Both the position numbers and the translations under genes were made by a program. Shown here one piece after another: positions 51,030 through 63,010 of a stretch of 64,000 nt of DNA. Location: NCBI RefSeq assembly GCF_004010195.1, contig NC_057739.1, positions 45,606,229 through 45,670,228 of the forward strand, given 5' to 3'. How positions within the stretch are numbered: position 1 is the first letter of the stretch; every line of letters starts with the position of its first letter. Under the pieces are notes generated by a model. The model saw only the letters and a program-made list of their open reading frames with translations. It ran no database searches and was not told the DNA's origin. This DNA is from Chiloscyllium plagiosum (taxonomy: Eukaryota).

Positions 51030-52311
51030 CTGGAGACTTGTTGTCGGAAATGTCACCTGAAGGGTGAGGGAAGCAGATTCAGTTGGCACCTTTGAAAGGG
51101 AATTGGATGACTTCATGTAAAAGAGAAATTTGCAGGATTATGGGAAAAGAGCCGCAGCAGTGGGACTGATTGTATGGATCTCCCAAAGAACTGGCAGAAT
51201 GGGTTGAAGGCTGTGCTGTAGCATTCAGTGATAATTTAGAAATTGTTGATCAATTTTCCAAAAGCACAAGGTTAAACAACGCCTTTTCTTGTGACTCATT
51301 GATCAGGAAGTGGGAAAGAGTACGCAATATTTGTAGTTTTATTTATTTTGCCTGAGTAAATTCTACCAACACCAGAGAAAGAAGAAAAAACAAGATAAGC
51401 TTGTAACGTATTTACGGGAAAAATTTGGAAATATTTTTTGATTTGTGAGATGGTTATTTTTCAGGAATGCAGCAAATGTGAAATTGACTTGGCAGTGGAA
51501 TTAGTTGTGGGTGGTTTGATTAATTTGAGAATTATCTTCCTGATGAAGCAGCAAGTATACTTCCTGGTTCAGTACTGAGCCACACTGACTCGGCAGCCTT
51601 TGAGACTGGTATCCCAGAAGCTCAATCAACCTGTGTGACCCCTGGGTTTTAGAGGGAATGACATCAGCCAGGGCTCCTGTTCCTGGTCACTTTCCGGTTG
51701 TTCATGCTGTGTGAACATGGACTGGGATCAGCTACAGTAGTGATATAATTCACACAGGGATTAATAACGTGCCAAATATTTTAATCTCACATTCTTCTAT
51801 CATCTTCCACCAGACGCATCAACCTCTGAGATCTCTGAGTTCATTTAATTGCGGCCTCTTGAGTACCTCCATTCTTTTGTCTATTGACAAATGTCATGTC
51901 ACACTGGGGATGATACTCTGTGAATTACAAACCCTACCATTCTCTGATTCATCACGAATATGAATTTAAAAAAAAATCAAAACCAGTGAATTGGCCAATT
52001 CTGCCTAACTGCCTAACTCAGGTTAAAATAATGTGCATGCCAGGTTTTCATCACTAACAAGAAAATTCAATTTTTTTTTAACTAATAGGAAGTATACCAG
52101 ATGAATTGCTAATCTATACATGTATACCTTTAATAAGAATAGTACAAGGACAGGGTCAGTAACAAGGGGGCATCATTTTGAAGTGAAAATCAAGATGTTT
52201 TAAGGGGATTTGAGAAAACCCCAGAGTATGGTGGGATCTGAAATGCACTGCCTGAGTGGATAGATGACACGGGAAACATCACAACCATTCAAAAGTACAT
52301 GGATGAGCGCT

Positions 52312-52725
52312 TACAGTCATAGAGATGTACAGCAGAGAAACAGGCCCTTTGGTGCAACTTATCCACGCCGATCAGATATCTTAAATTATCTAGTCCCATT
52401 TGTCAGCATTTGGCCCATATCCCTCCAAAACCCTTCCTATTCATATACCCATCCAGACACCTTTTAAATGTTGTAACTGTATCAGACTCCACCACTTCCT
52501 CTGGCAGCTCATTTCATACACACACCATCCTATGTGTGAAAAAGTTGCCCATTAGGTCCCTTTGAAATTCTTCCCCTCTCACCTTAAATCTATGCCCTCT
52601 AGTTTTGGATTCCCCTACCCTGGGGAAAAGACCTTTGCTATTCACCCTATCCATGCCTCTCATGATTTTATAAACTTCTATAAGGTCACCCCTCAGGGAA
52701 ATTAGCCTCAACCTATTCAGCTGAA
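52312..52725 (-). mobile_element. CR1 LINE 3' end
   Basis: [39 protein letters not shown]. Confidence 0.85.
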
Positions 52726-53952
52726 GGGTCATGACATTCCAGGCTGTGGATGTGGTGTGGGAAAGTGGGGCTGTAGGTAGTATATTTGTGGTGGTACATA
52801 CATCTTCTCGACTGTAATTCAATGACTTATGTAACTTAAGTTTTACTCCTTTTAAATGCCCCCTCTCTCCACACACTCACTCACAGAAAAACAAATATAT
52901 TAAGAGCAGAATGTAAAAAAGTCATAGAGGAGCACAATTACATAAGAACTAGGAGCAGGAGTAGGCAATTCAGCCCCTCACGCCTGCTCCACTATTTGGT
53001 ACGATCTTGGCTGATCTCATCTCAACCTCCCTGCCTGATCTATATAATCCTCTAATCCATTACTGATTGATAATCTGTCTATCTCCTCCTTAAATTTACT
53101 CAGCATCCTGGTGCCCACCACACTCTGGGGCAGTGAATTTCACAGTTTCCCACTTCATCAGAAGGATAGTTCTCTAACCACTGCCAACTCAATTTCATAT
53201 TTGGCACCTTCCTGAAAAATAATCACCTCACAAAATTAAATTCTTCCTCACCTCTGTTTTAAATCTGTAATCCCTTGTCCTAAAACCAGGATCACCTTAA
53301 TTCAAGGTATATAAGATGTATTATCAGTTCAAATTAACAAGACTAGATGAGTTGGCTCCACAATACTTTCCCTTTCCTGATGATGCCACAATGTTGTCTG
53401 AATAGTGATGTTCAGTCTTTAGTTCACTGGTTGCTTGGCTGCACCTGGAGGTCTTTTTTCTGAGAGTTTTAGTATTCTTCCATTCAGTTCTGATTGTAGA
53501 TTTTCCTGATTGTTTCAACATGGGGTTGGAGAGGCAATTTCTTTCACAGCAAGGAAACAACAAGAGGGAGACAGATTAATATAATGCAAGCTTTTGGAGT
53601 TTCTGTCCAATGGTTCATCCTGTGCAGTTGTTGCGATGTTCTTTGCATGGTGATTGGTGTCGGCATTTCAATTGCAGCATGACCTCTGGTTCTGGAAGAC
53701 GCTGCCAAACACAGAGCTCTGGAGCACATGCAACTGGTAAGAAAATTAAAGGGAATGTTGCTTCTGTCTTCTTCTGTTAAACTGCAGCCAGTCAAATGGA
53801 AAAGTTTATTACTGTGTTGAGCTCTTCTGAACCCCCCAACAATTGGTGACAGTTGAAAGACCATTGCAGAGACTGTCTCGGCAGAATTTCCCTCAACACA
53901 CATAGGTGGCGCTGATTTGCCTTGACTACTCCCTTACTGTTCTAATAAGGCA

Positions 53953-54171
53953 GGAGAAAGTGAGGTCTGCAGATGCTGGAGATCAAAGTTGAAACTTTAT
54001 TGCTGGAACAGCACAGCAGGTCAGGCAGCATCCAGGGAACAGGAGATTCGACGTTTCGGGCACAGGCCCTTCTTCATTCCTGAAGAAGGGCCTGTGCCCG
54101 AAATGTCGAATCTCCTGTTCCCTGGATGCTGCCTGACCTGCTGTGCTGTTCCAGCAATAAAGTTTCAACTT
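53953..54171. mobile_element. Young palindromic Penelope-derived mini element with hammerhead motif (54076-54111, +)
   Basis: Near-perfect inverted arms of about 90 bp. 15-bp TSD tgttctaataaggca (53938-53952 / 54172-54186). Confidence 0.88.
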
Positions 54172-54239
54172 TGTTCTAATAAGGCAACATTATATAAACA
54201 ACTCACAATGTGTTCCAGTGACTTGGTTTTAAAATTGCA

Positions 54240-55175
54240 AACATAAGAACATAAGAAATAGCAGGAGTGGGCAAACTGGCCCTTCAAGCCTGCTCCACCA
54301 TTCAATAGGATCATGGCTGTTCACAAATCGATCTTTGCCTTAACAACATTCAACGAGGCAGCCTCAGCTGCTTCACCGGGCAGGAACTCCCACAGGTTTA
54401 TAACCCTTTGGGTGAAGAGGTTCCTTCTCCACTCAGCCTTAAGTCTGCTCCCCCTTATTTTGAGGCTATGCCTTCTAGATCCAGTTTCACCTTTCAGTGG
54501 AAAGAACCTCCCTGCTTCTATCTTATCTATTCCCTTCATAATTTTATATATTTCTATAACATCCACACTCATTCTTCTAAATTCCAATGTATAGCCCCAG
54601 TTTACTCAGTCTCTGCTCATAAACCAACCCTCTCAACTCTGGAATCAACCTAGTGACCCTCCTCTGCACCCCTCCAGTGCCAGGACATCTTTTCTCTAAA
54701 ACTGTACACAGTACTCCAGGTGTGGCCTCACCAACACCCTATACAGCTGCAACATGACCTCCCTATTTTTAAACTCCATTCCTCTAGCAATGAAGGACAA
54801 TATTCCATTTGCTTTCTTAATTACCTGTTGTACCTGCAAACCAACTTTTTGTGATTCATGCACAGGGACACCCAGGTCCCTCTGCACAGCGGCATGCTGC
54901 ACCACTTAAGTAATAGTCAATTTTGCTGTTACTTATACCAAAATGGATGACCTCACATTTACCAACATTGTGCTCCATCTGCAAGACCCTTGCCTGCTCA
55001 CTTAACCGATCTATATCCCTCTGCAGACTTTCACTGTCTTCTGCGCACTTTGCTCTACCACTCATCTTAGTGTCATCTCTGAACATTGACACCACACATG
55101 GTCCCCAACTCTTAAATATCTCTGTAAATTGTAAACAATTGCAGTCCCAACACTGATCTCTGAGACACACCACTG
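54240..55175 (-). mobile_element. CR1 LINE 3' fragment
   Basis: [33 protein letters not shown]. (ttcttatg)n tail. Confidence 0.88.
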
Positions 55176-55733
55176 ATTACCAATTTGTCCCTACTCTTTG
55201 CTAACGTCTATCCATGCTAATAAACATTATAAAAGGTTTCTTTGATTTAAAGCAATATCTTTTCCCAGTTTTAGTCCACAATTCAAAAGAAAATGTGGTC
55301 TTTACACTCCTTGAAAGAGCTAAGCTATTCAATTTTCTTCCTCTTTTTTCACTCTCCTTAGTCCTGCAAAACATTCCTCCCTCAATTATTTACTCAATTG
55401 TAATGGTTATATTGCAGGTTTGAATATTTTATATATTATCATATTTTCTCCCAATTCTGTGGTTATCTTCTTTGTGTATATTTGTGTGTGTGTGAGAGAG
55501 ATAGTGAAAATCCAGCCATGTCCAGCAGAACTGACTGCTGCTTATGCGAATCATTATTTGTGGAGTTGTGTCATGGCCAATGGACAACGTGCCAGAAATG
55601 TGGTTATGCAATCAAAACTGCTGCAGGGTTGAGGCTTGGTGAGTGACATTCCAAGCAGAGCAACGAAGCCCTTGCTTTTCTGACAATGTCATTCTCCTGC
55701 CATGCCTCATCCAGACTGCCTGAGGACAACACA

Positions 55734-55805
55734 ATGACGAGTCTCTCACTGTGCCTTGTGTTTCTGAGTCTCCAGTTCTGGTCTGTTGGATTTACCCTGA
55801 AGCAG
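55734..55805 (+). CDS. ADAMTS13: Probable ADAMTS13 exon 1, signal peptide (MTSLSLCLVFLSLQFWSVGFTLKQ)
   Basis: acaATGa start, hydrophobic signal-peptide-like stretch, cag|gtaaa donor. Head-to-head with REXO4 as in the human locus. In-frame upstream ATG at 55686. Confidence 0.65.
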
Positions 55806-56032
55806 GTAAATGTGTTGTTACACTAACAAAATGCAACCTCCACCTATTAATATTGTTTGACCGATTTGGTGTTACTGACAATGGTGGCGTTGGGGGTGCT
55901 GTTGGTGGGGAGGGATCATATTAATTTTTGTTTGTCGAATACTCTTCATATTTTAGTTGAAGATTATGATGTTGTTTAATGTGAACTCTGTATTTGTTTC
56001 TTATCTAACTATGCTCATCCATTCTCCCTTAG

Positions 56033-56090
56033 AATGTTCCAGAATTTGTTGATGATGAGACTTATTTGGGTGATCTCTCAAGGATTGGAG
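56033..56090 (+). CDS. ADAMTS13: Probable ADAMTS13 exon 2 (NVPEFVDDETYLGDLSRIG)
   Basis: ttctcccttag acceptor and gag|gtatg donor, 58 nt, phase 0/1, linking exons 1 and 3 in frame. Confidence 0.62.
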
Positions 56091-57757
56091 GTATGATTCT
56101 CCTCACTCACTCTTTCTTCATCCCCTTAGCGGACCCCTTCGTGTTTACATGTTAAACTGGTTAATATTACACTAAAGCAGGATTGCTTCATTGCTGTAAA
56201 TGAGGAGCTCTGCTCGTTTATTAAAGGGACAGGCCTGTTCAGTAAAGCAAAAAAGTTGAGGTAATGAAGGAGAGAAAGCCTCAGCACTCTTCCTGCAGGA
56301 TTTTAAAGAGTGAATATTTGACTATAAAGGAAGCACTGCTGACTGAATATCCTTGGGAGACCAGGGGTGGGGGTGGGGAAACTGGGCAGGATGGGTGTCT
56401 GCTTGTTTTCTTTTCCCTGCTGCCTCATCTGGACTCTGATACCAATTGTATCCTTTGGTTGTAATAGGTTGTGCTGTACTGTTCTATGTTCTATAGATCT
56501 TGGAATTGGGATGGTATACAGTAGGAGTGTATGGAAAGGGTTTGGCATTGGGGTGGTGGAGAGTGAGAGTTTATCTAAAGGGGTTTGAAAATAAATACTT
56601 TATTGCAGAGTGTGTATGTCTGGGTTTGGGGTGGGTTAGGATCCAACTAATGGTAATACTGGACAAGTCCGACCCCAAAGTCAAACCTGGCTTGATAGAT
56701 CATAAGTGTAACTTTACCAAACTGTTCACTGTGGTGGTCAGTTACTGAACATACAAGATACTGCTAATATATTTTGATAAAAGTACAACAAAGTTTATTA
56801 TGCAAGATAGAGAAATAATGCAATCTATTTTGCACTACACAAGAACTAGTTGGAAAGGTCTTATTGCAAATGTCAGAAATGACAATTGAATTCTTTCACC
56901 CTCAACAATAACCTTGAAGATACTCTATTTAAACCTGAGTGAAGGATCACCCTGTAACTTTGAATTTCCTTGTTCATTTGTCTTGACTGTAATCAGTTTA
57001 TTTTCTGCCCATTTCTGCATTTGCTCAATGCTATTTCTCTTGTATCTTCATGAGACCCTTGAACAAACTGCCTACAGTTGTAAAAAAAACTTTCATTTTT
57101 TAGACTGTGGACTGAAAAACAGGAAAAGAATATAGAACATGATATTACAGTTTTAAAATAATTTTCTGGATCCCGTTGTGAGTTGTATCTATAACATTGC
57201 CTTATACAAGCAGTGAGGAGGATGCTAGACACCTTGTCTCTGTATGAGTGTGTGAATGTGTGTAAGAGGGAGAGGAAGAGAGAGAGAGAGAGAGAGAATG
57301 CATGAGTAAGTGTATATGTGTATGTATATAAGGAGCTACCTGATGAAGGAGCAGAGCTCCAAAAGCTAGTGCTTCCAAATAAACCTGTTCGACTATAACC
57401 TGGTGTTGTGTGATTTTTAACATATTTAAAGAGAGAGTGAGTGTGTGTGTCTGTGTGCGTGTGTGTCTGTGTGTGTGCATATCTGTGCGTGTTTGTATTT
57501 ATGTATTCAGGACAGTTTTATGCAGAGACTGCCTTTGGTTTTTCGGTTGTGTGGATTCAAGAGACTTCAGCATAGTAACAATCATTTGATTAGTTCCTCA
57601 GCAAGTGGCTCCAGCCTTGTATTGGACAAGAGAGGGAGAAACATCCATCCTGTGAAGGAGAAAGCATCTCAATTGCGCTCTCCCACTCCTGTGTGGAGAA
57701 GTAACAGAAAATCTCCGAGCAGTTATTCTCATTCATCATTTCCCCTTGTTGCAAATC

Positions 57758-57978
57758 TTCGAGGAGAAAGTGAGGTCTGCAGATGCTGGAGATCAAAGTT
57801 GAAACTTTATTGCTGGAACAGCACAGCAGGTCAGGCAGCATCCAGGGAACAGGAGATTCGACGTTTCGGGCACAGGCCCTGAAGAATTCCTGAAGAAGGG
57901 CCTGTGCCCGAAACGTCGAATCTCCTGTTCCCTGGATGCTGCCTGACCTGCTGTGCTGTTCCAGCAATAAAGTTTCAA
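57758..57978. mobile_element. Young palindromic Penelope-derived mini element
   Basis: Perfect 83-bp inverted arms (57798-57880 / 57897-57979). 14-bp TSD ccttgttgcaaatc (57744-57757 / 57979-57992). Confidence 0.88.
57886..57921 (+). ncRNA. Minimal type I hammerhead ribozyme motif
   Basis: ATTC-CTGAAGA-A-GGGC(ctgt)GCCC-GAAA-CG-TC-GAAT: stem I ATTC/GAAT, stem II, palindromic ACGT stem III, GUC site. Confidence 0.72.
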
Positions 57979-58544
57979 CCTTGTTGCAAATCCCCTTGTT
58001 GGAAAGAAAAGGGGAAGAAACACTATCAGAGACACTGATTCTCAAACATTGAATGAAACACAGAATTGATATATCCACAGCTTCACATCATTAGCAAAGA
58101 ACTGGAAGAAGTAACAAAAAAGCTGAAAGAAAACAGGTCATCATCTTCTGTGATCTGGATCATCTGTGCTTCACTGACTTTCTTCTTTCTTTCCCAGGTG
58201 TTATCCTTGTATCTTGTTTTGTCTTGTTTTGTGCATCTGTTTGTGTGTGTGGGAATTTTAAAATAGGGTAGAGTTTACGTTGCAGAGTTATAAATTAACA
58301 ATTCATCTTTTTTTCTTGCCATTGGATAAAACAATTGCTTAAAATAAATATTTCTCTTCTTGTGAATGAGAAACCTGGTAGGGCAAACTCGGCAGCTAAG
58401 TAAATTGTGCAGTTCAGTGGTTTGATCAAATCTTCATATCTGACTTGACTCTGCAAATGGTGTGATTTGACAGTGGAATACCCCAGTGAGACATGGATGG
58501 CTCACTTATTTCTTAACACAGGCTCCTTAAACTCCTCTTCCACA

Positions 58545-59240
58545 GTATAGAAAAATACAGCGCAGTACAGGCCCTTTGGCCCTCGATGTTGCGCCGATCC
58601 AAGCCCACCTAACCTACACTAGCCCACTATCCTCCATATGCCTATCCAATGCCTATTTGAATGCCCATAAAGAGGGAGAGTCCACCACTGCTACTGGCAG
58701 GGTATTCCATGAACTACGACTCGCTGAGTAAAGAATCTACCCCTAACATCTGTCCTATACCTACCACCCCTTAATTTAAAGCTATGCCCCCTTGTAATAG
58801 CTGACTCCATACGTGGAAAAAGGTTCTCATGGTCAACCCTATCTAAACCCCTAATCATCTTGTACACCTCCATCAAGTCACCTCCAATGAAAACAGCCCC
58901 AAGTGCCTCAGCCTTTCCTCATACGATCTTCCTACCATACCAGGCAACATCCTGGTAAACCCTCTCTGCACCGGTTCCAGTGCCTCCACATCCTTCCTAT
59001 AGTATGGCGACCAAAACTGCACACAATACTCCAGATGCGGCCGCACCAGCATCTTATACAACTGCAACATGACCTCAGGACTCCGGAACTCAATTCCTCT
59101 ACCAATAAAAGCCAGTACGCCATATGCCTTCTTCATCGCACTATTTACCTGGGTGGCAACTTTCAGAGATCTGTGTACATGGACACTAAGATCCCTCTGC
59201 TCATCCACACTACCAAGTGTCTGACCATTAGTGCAGTACC
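58545..59240 (-). mobile_element. Relatively young CR1 LINE 3' fragment
   Basis: [37 protein letters not shown]. Confidence 0.9.
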
Positions 59241-59818
59241 CCGTCTTTTTGTGGTCTGTTTCTGGAGATTTTCTGTTACTGACATTAAACCACACAAGGC
59301 TTCTTTTAGCCTTGACTGTTTCAGAGGCTACTGAGCTGCATTGTTGCTGCCACAGGCCTTTTCTGTTCTGGTAGAAACCTACACACTCCTTAACCTTCTG
59401 GACGGTTCTGTCCAATTCAAAATGACTTGGTTCTGTCTCTGTTTCCCTGTCCCACAGAGCATCTTGTTGCCAGTCAACAGTCCAATTTTCTTTCTTTACT
59501 ATCTGTATTTCTAAGCAGTGATGTATTCACCTCAAGGGTTTGAAAAGTCTTACTCATTAAAATGAAGGTAAACAAATTTCCAGGCCAGCCACTATCACTC
59601 ACAGAAGTCAAAAATGAAATTCAAATTATGCCTGCCCCTTCTTAACACACATATATAGAAATGCAAACCGAACTTAAAGCTTTACATGATTCCATCCATT
59701 TAGAACGAAGTTTCCAAAGATCAATAGATCATGAGCCTTGATTATGGTAGCTTTTGGAATCTGATGCATAGTGAGAGCTGCTACACTATACAATCACATA
59801 TCACATTTTGAATTACAG

Positions 59819-60093
59819 AGTCAGCTCCAGCAATTATCCAGTGTCAGTGCCGGGGTGTGATCCAGAGGCAATCCTGTGAGGAGGAGCTGTGTACTGTGAA
59901 GACCTTGGGGGAAATGTACCAGCTGCGATTCTCCACCAAGAATAGATTTGCTTCTGACTTTTCTCTGGTCCATCATGTCTTCAACTCCTCATACAGCACT
60001 ATCAAACGATTACCAGACAATTGTGTTCAAAATGGGGAGTTAATGTGGCCCCCAGGGGTTCGGGCACTGACTACCTACTGCAGCCATCACCTG
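59819..60093 (+). CDS. ADAMTS13: Probable ADAMTS13 exon 3, prodomain (ESAPAIIQCQCRG...ELCTVKTLGEMYQLRFS...LPDNCVQNGELMWPPGVRALTTYCSHHL)
   Basis: aattacag acceptor and ctg|gtaagc donor, 275 nt open, phase 1/0. The C..G...YC...L pattern resembles M12B (ADAM/ADAMTS) prodomains. Identity inferred from synteny. Confidence 0.68.
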
Positions 60094-60214
60094 GTAAGCA
60101 CATTACTAGTTACAGGATAAAACTGCTGTGTTCTTGTTTGTATGTCCAAGCATTATTAATATACAAAGGTCTAACCTCCAGTTAGTTTTCTGCTGTTGAG
60201 TAAACTGTAAAAGC

Positions 60215-60960
60215 TTAAGACATAGGAGCAGAAGAAGGCCATTCAGCCCATCATGTCTAATCCACCATTCAATTAGATCACAGTTGATCTGATAATCCTC
60301 AACTCTACTGCCTTTTCCCTATAACCCTTCAATTCCTGACTAATTAAAAATCTACATCAGCTTTGAGTGTGCGCAATGATCTAGTCTTGACAATCCCTTT
60401 GAGACAAAGAATTTCATAGATTTATAATCCTCTCTCAGAAGAAATTCCTCCTTATCTCTGTCTTAAAAGGGTGATCCTTACTCTGAGATTATGCCTCTTG
60501 TCCTAAACTCTTCCTACACCTACCCGTCATTCTCCACATGAATTTTCAATGTTTCCATAAAGTTGCCTCTCATTCTTCAAAACTCCAATGGTTACACACC
60601 CATGCTACACAGCCTGTCCCTATAAGAACATGCCTCCCTTTCCTGCATCAACCTAATCAACCTTGTCTGGACTGCCTCCAATGGCAGTATATTTTTCCAA
60701 AGATAAAGGGCCTAAAACTGTTCCCAGTATTCCACCTGCGATCTAACTAGTGTCTTACACAATTTTAGCAAAACCTCTCTACCTTTATACTCCATTCCGT
60801 TTGAAATAAATTTTCAGCAATCCATTCACCTTCCCAATTATGAACTGAACTCGGATGCTAGCTTTTTATGATTTCTGCACAAGGACTCCCAAATCCCTCT
60901 GTGCTGCAGCTTTCTGCAGTCTTTCTCCATTTAAATAATATTCAGCTCCTCTATTCCTCC
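60215..60960 (-). mobile_element. Old CR1 LINE 3' fragment
   Basis: Decayed CR1 3' UTR (gacataggagcagaagaaggccattcagccc) and RT C-terminus. Confidence 0.7.
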
Positions 60961-61027
60961 TGTCGAAGTCAGTTATGGTCACTGTTTCCTCAGAGATCTT
61001 TTACTCTGAAAGAACTTATTAATCAAG

Positions 61028-62320
61028 GAACAAAGAACAAAGAAAATTTACAGACCAGGAACAGACCCTTCAGCCCTCCAAGCCTGAGCTGATCCAAATC
61101 TACTGTCTAAACCTATTGCCCAATTCCTAAGTATCTGTATCCCTCTGCTCCCCACCTACTCATGCATCTATCCAGACTCACCTTAAATGAATCTACCGTG
61201 CCTGCATCTATCACCTCTGCGGGCAATGCATTCCAGGCACCTACCACCCTCTGCGTAAAGTACTTGCCGTGTGTATCTCCCTTAAGTTTTTCACCTCTCA
61301 TCTTTCTCCTCTCGTTATTGAATCCTTCACCCTGGGAAAAAGTTATCTCTAACTACCCTGTCTATACCCTTCATGATTTTGTAGACCTCAATCAGGTCTT
61401 TTCCATCCCCTTTTTTCTAATGAAAACAAACCTAACTTACTCAACCTCTCTTCATAGCTAGCACCTTCCATACCAGGCAATATCCTCGTAAACCTTCTCT
61501 GCACCCTCTCCAAAGCGTCCACATCCTTTTGGTAATGTGGCGACCAGAACTGTACACAGTATTCTAAATGCCTTGTACAATTTTAACATGACCTGCCAGC
61601 TCTTATACTCAATACCCTGTCCAATGAAGGAAGCATTTCATATACTTTCTTGACCACTCTATCCACCTTTGCAGCAACCTTCAGATCTCTCTGCTGATCA
61701 ACTTTTCCCAAGGCTCTTCTGTTTACAGTATAATTTTTTCTAGAATTAGAATTCCCAAAATGCATCACCTCACATTTGCCTGGATTGAACTTCATCTGCC
61801 ATTTCTCCACCCAACTCTCCAGTCAATCTGTATTCTCCTGTATTCTTTGACAGTCCCTTATGCTTTCTGCTACTCCACCAATCTTTGTGTGATCTGCAAA
61901 CTTGCTGATCATACCAACAGTGTCCTCTTCCAGATCATTTATGTATATTACAAACAACAGTGGCCCCAATACTGACCCCTGTGGAACACCACTGGTCACC
62001 TTTCTCCATTTCGAGAAACTCCCTTCAACTACTACTCTCTGTCTCCTGTTGCTCAACCAGTTCTTTATCCACCTCGCTCGAACACCCTGTACACCATGTG
62101 ACTTCACTTTCTCCATTAGTCTACCATGGGGAACCTTATCAAACGCCTTACTAAAGTCCATGTATATGACACCAACAGCCCTTCCTTCATCTATCAACTT
62201 GGTCACTTCCTCAAAGAACTCTATTAAGTTGGTAAGGCACAATCTCCCCCGCACAAAACCATGTTGCTTATCACTGATAAGCCCAGTTTTTTCCACATAT
62301 AATAAATTTTATCCCTGAGT
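61028..62320 (-). mobile_element. CR1 LINE RT fragment
   Basis: [54 protein letters not shown]. (ttgttct)n tail. Confidence 0.92.
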
Positions 62321-62864
62321 ACATTAGCAGATACCAAACAGCCTGATCACTGGTTGGAGGCAGAACATATTGTTCTAGGAAACAGTTATGAATACTTGCT
62401 CATGGTCAACTCTGCAAATTTGATTTTCCCAATCTGCATGAAGATTAAAGTCACCTGTGATTGATGTACACTTTTGTTACATGCCCTCATCATCTTCTGA
62501 TTTATTGTCTGTTCCACTGTATAGCTACTGTTAGGGGCCTGTAGACGACACATATCAACGTTTCCTTCCCCTTGTTATTTCTTACTTCCACCATATGGAT
62601 TCTATCTTTCAATCCCAAAATGTTCTTGCTATTGCACTGATTCTAACCCAAATAGTGCTGCCCACCATCCTTTTTCTCTGTCCATCCTTTCAAAAAGTCA
62701 CATATCCTTGAATATTCAGTTCACAGCTTTGATTTCCTTGTAACCATGTCTCTGGAATTGCTATAATGCCCATTAATTTGTATTTGTGTCTTTAATGCAA
62801 TTATTTTATTTCAACATTTTATTCTTCCAGTGTTTTAAACCCCAGTGACACTGGGCTACCAGAG

Positions 62865-63010
62865 CAGTACTGAAAGAGTACTATACTGTCAGTGTATCAG
62901 TGCTGAGGGAGTGGCACACTGTTGGAGTCTCTTTCAGATGAGAGTTTAAACCAGATCTCTGTCTACCCCCTCGAGTGATGTAAAAGATTGCCTGTTGGTA
63001 TTTTGAAGAA
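62865..63010 (+). mobile_element. DeuSINE-like remnant
   Basis: cagtgctgagggagtggcacactgttggag..tctttcagatgagagtttaaacc...gatgtaaaagat resembles the conserved Deu domain. Confidence 0.55.

Noticed and set aside
53983-54246. Identical peptides on both strands (KLYCWNSTAGQAASREQEIRR)
   Set aside because: A consequence of the DNA palindrome; not coding.
57230-57500. (GA)n/(GT)n-rich stretch with an embedded ctgatgaaggagcagagctccaaaagc piece
   Set aside because: Ordinary microsatellite. The embedded piece looks like another decayed hammerhead-type repeat but lacks the GAAA core, so it is not called.
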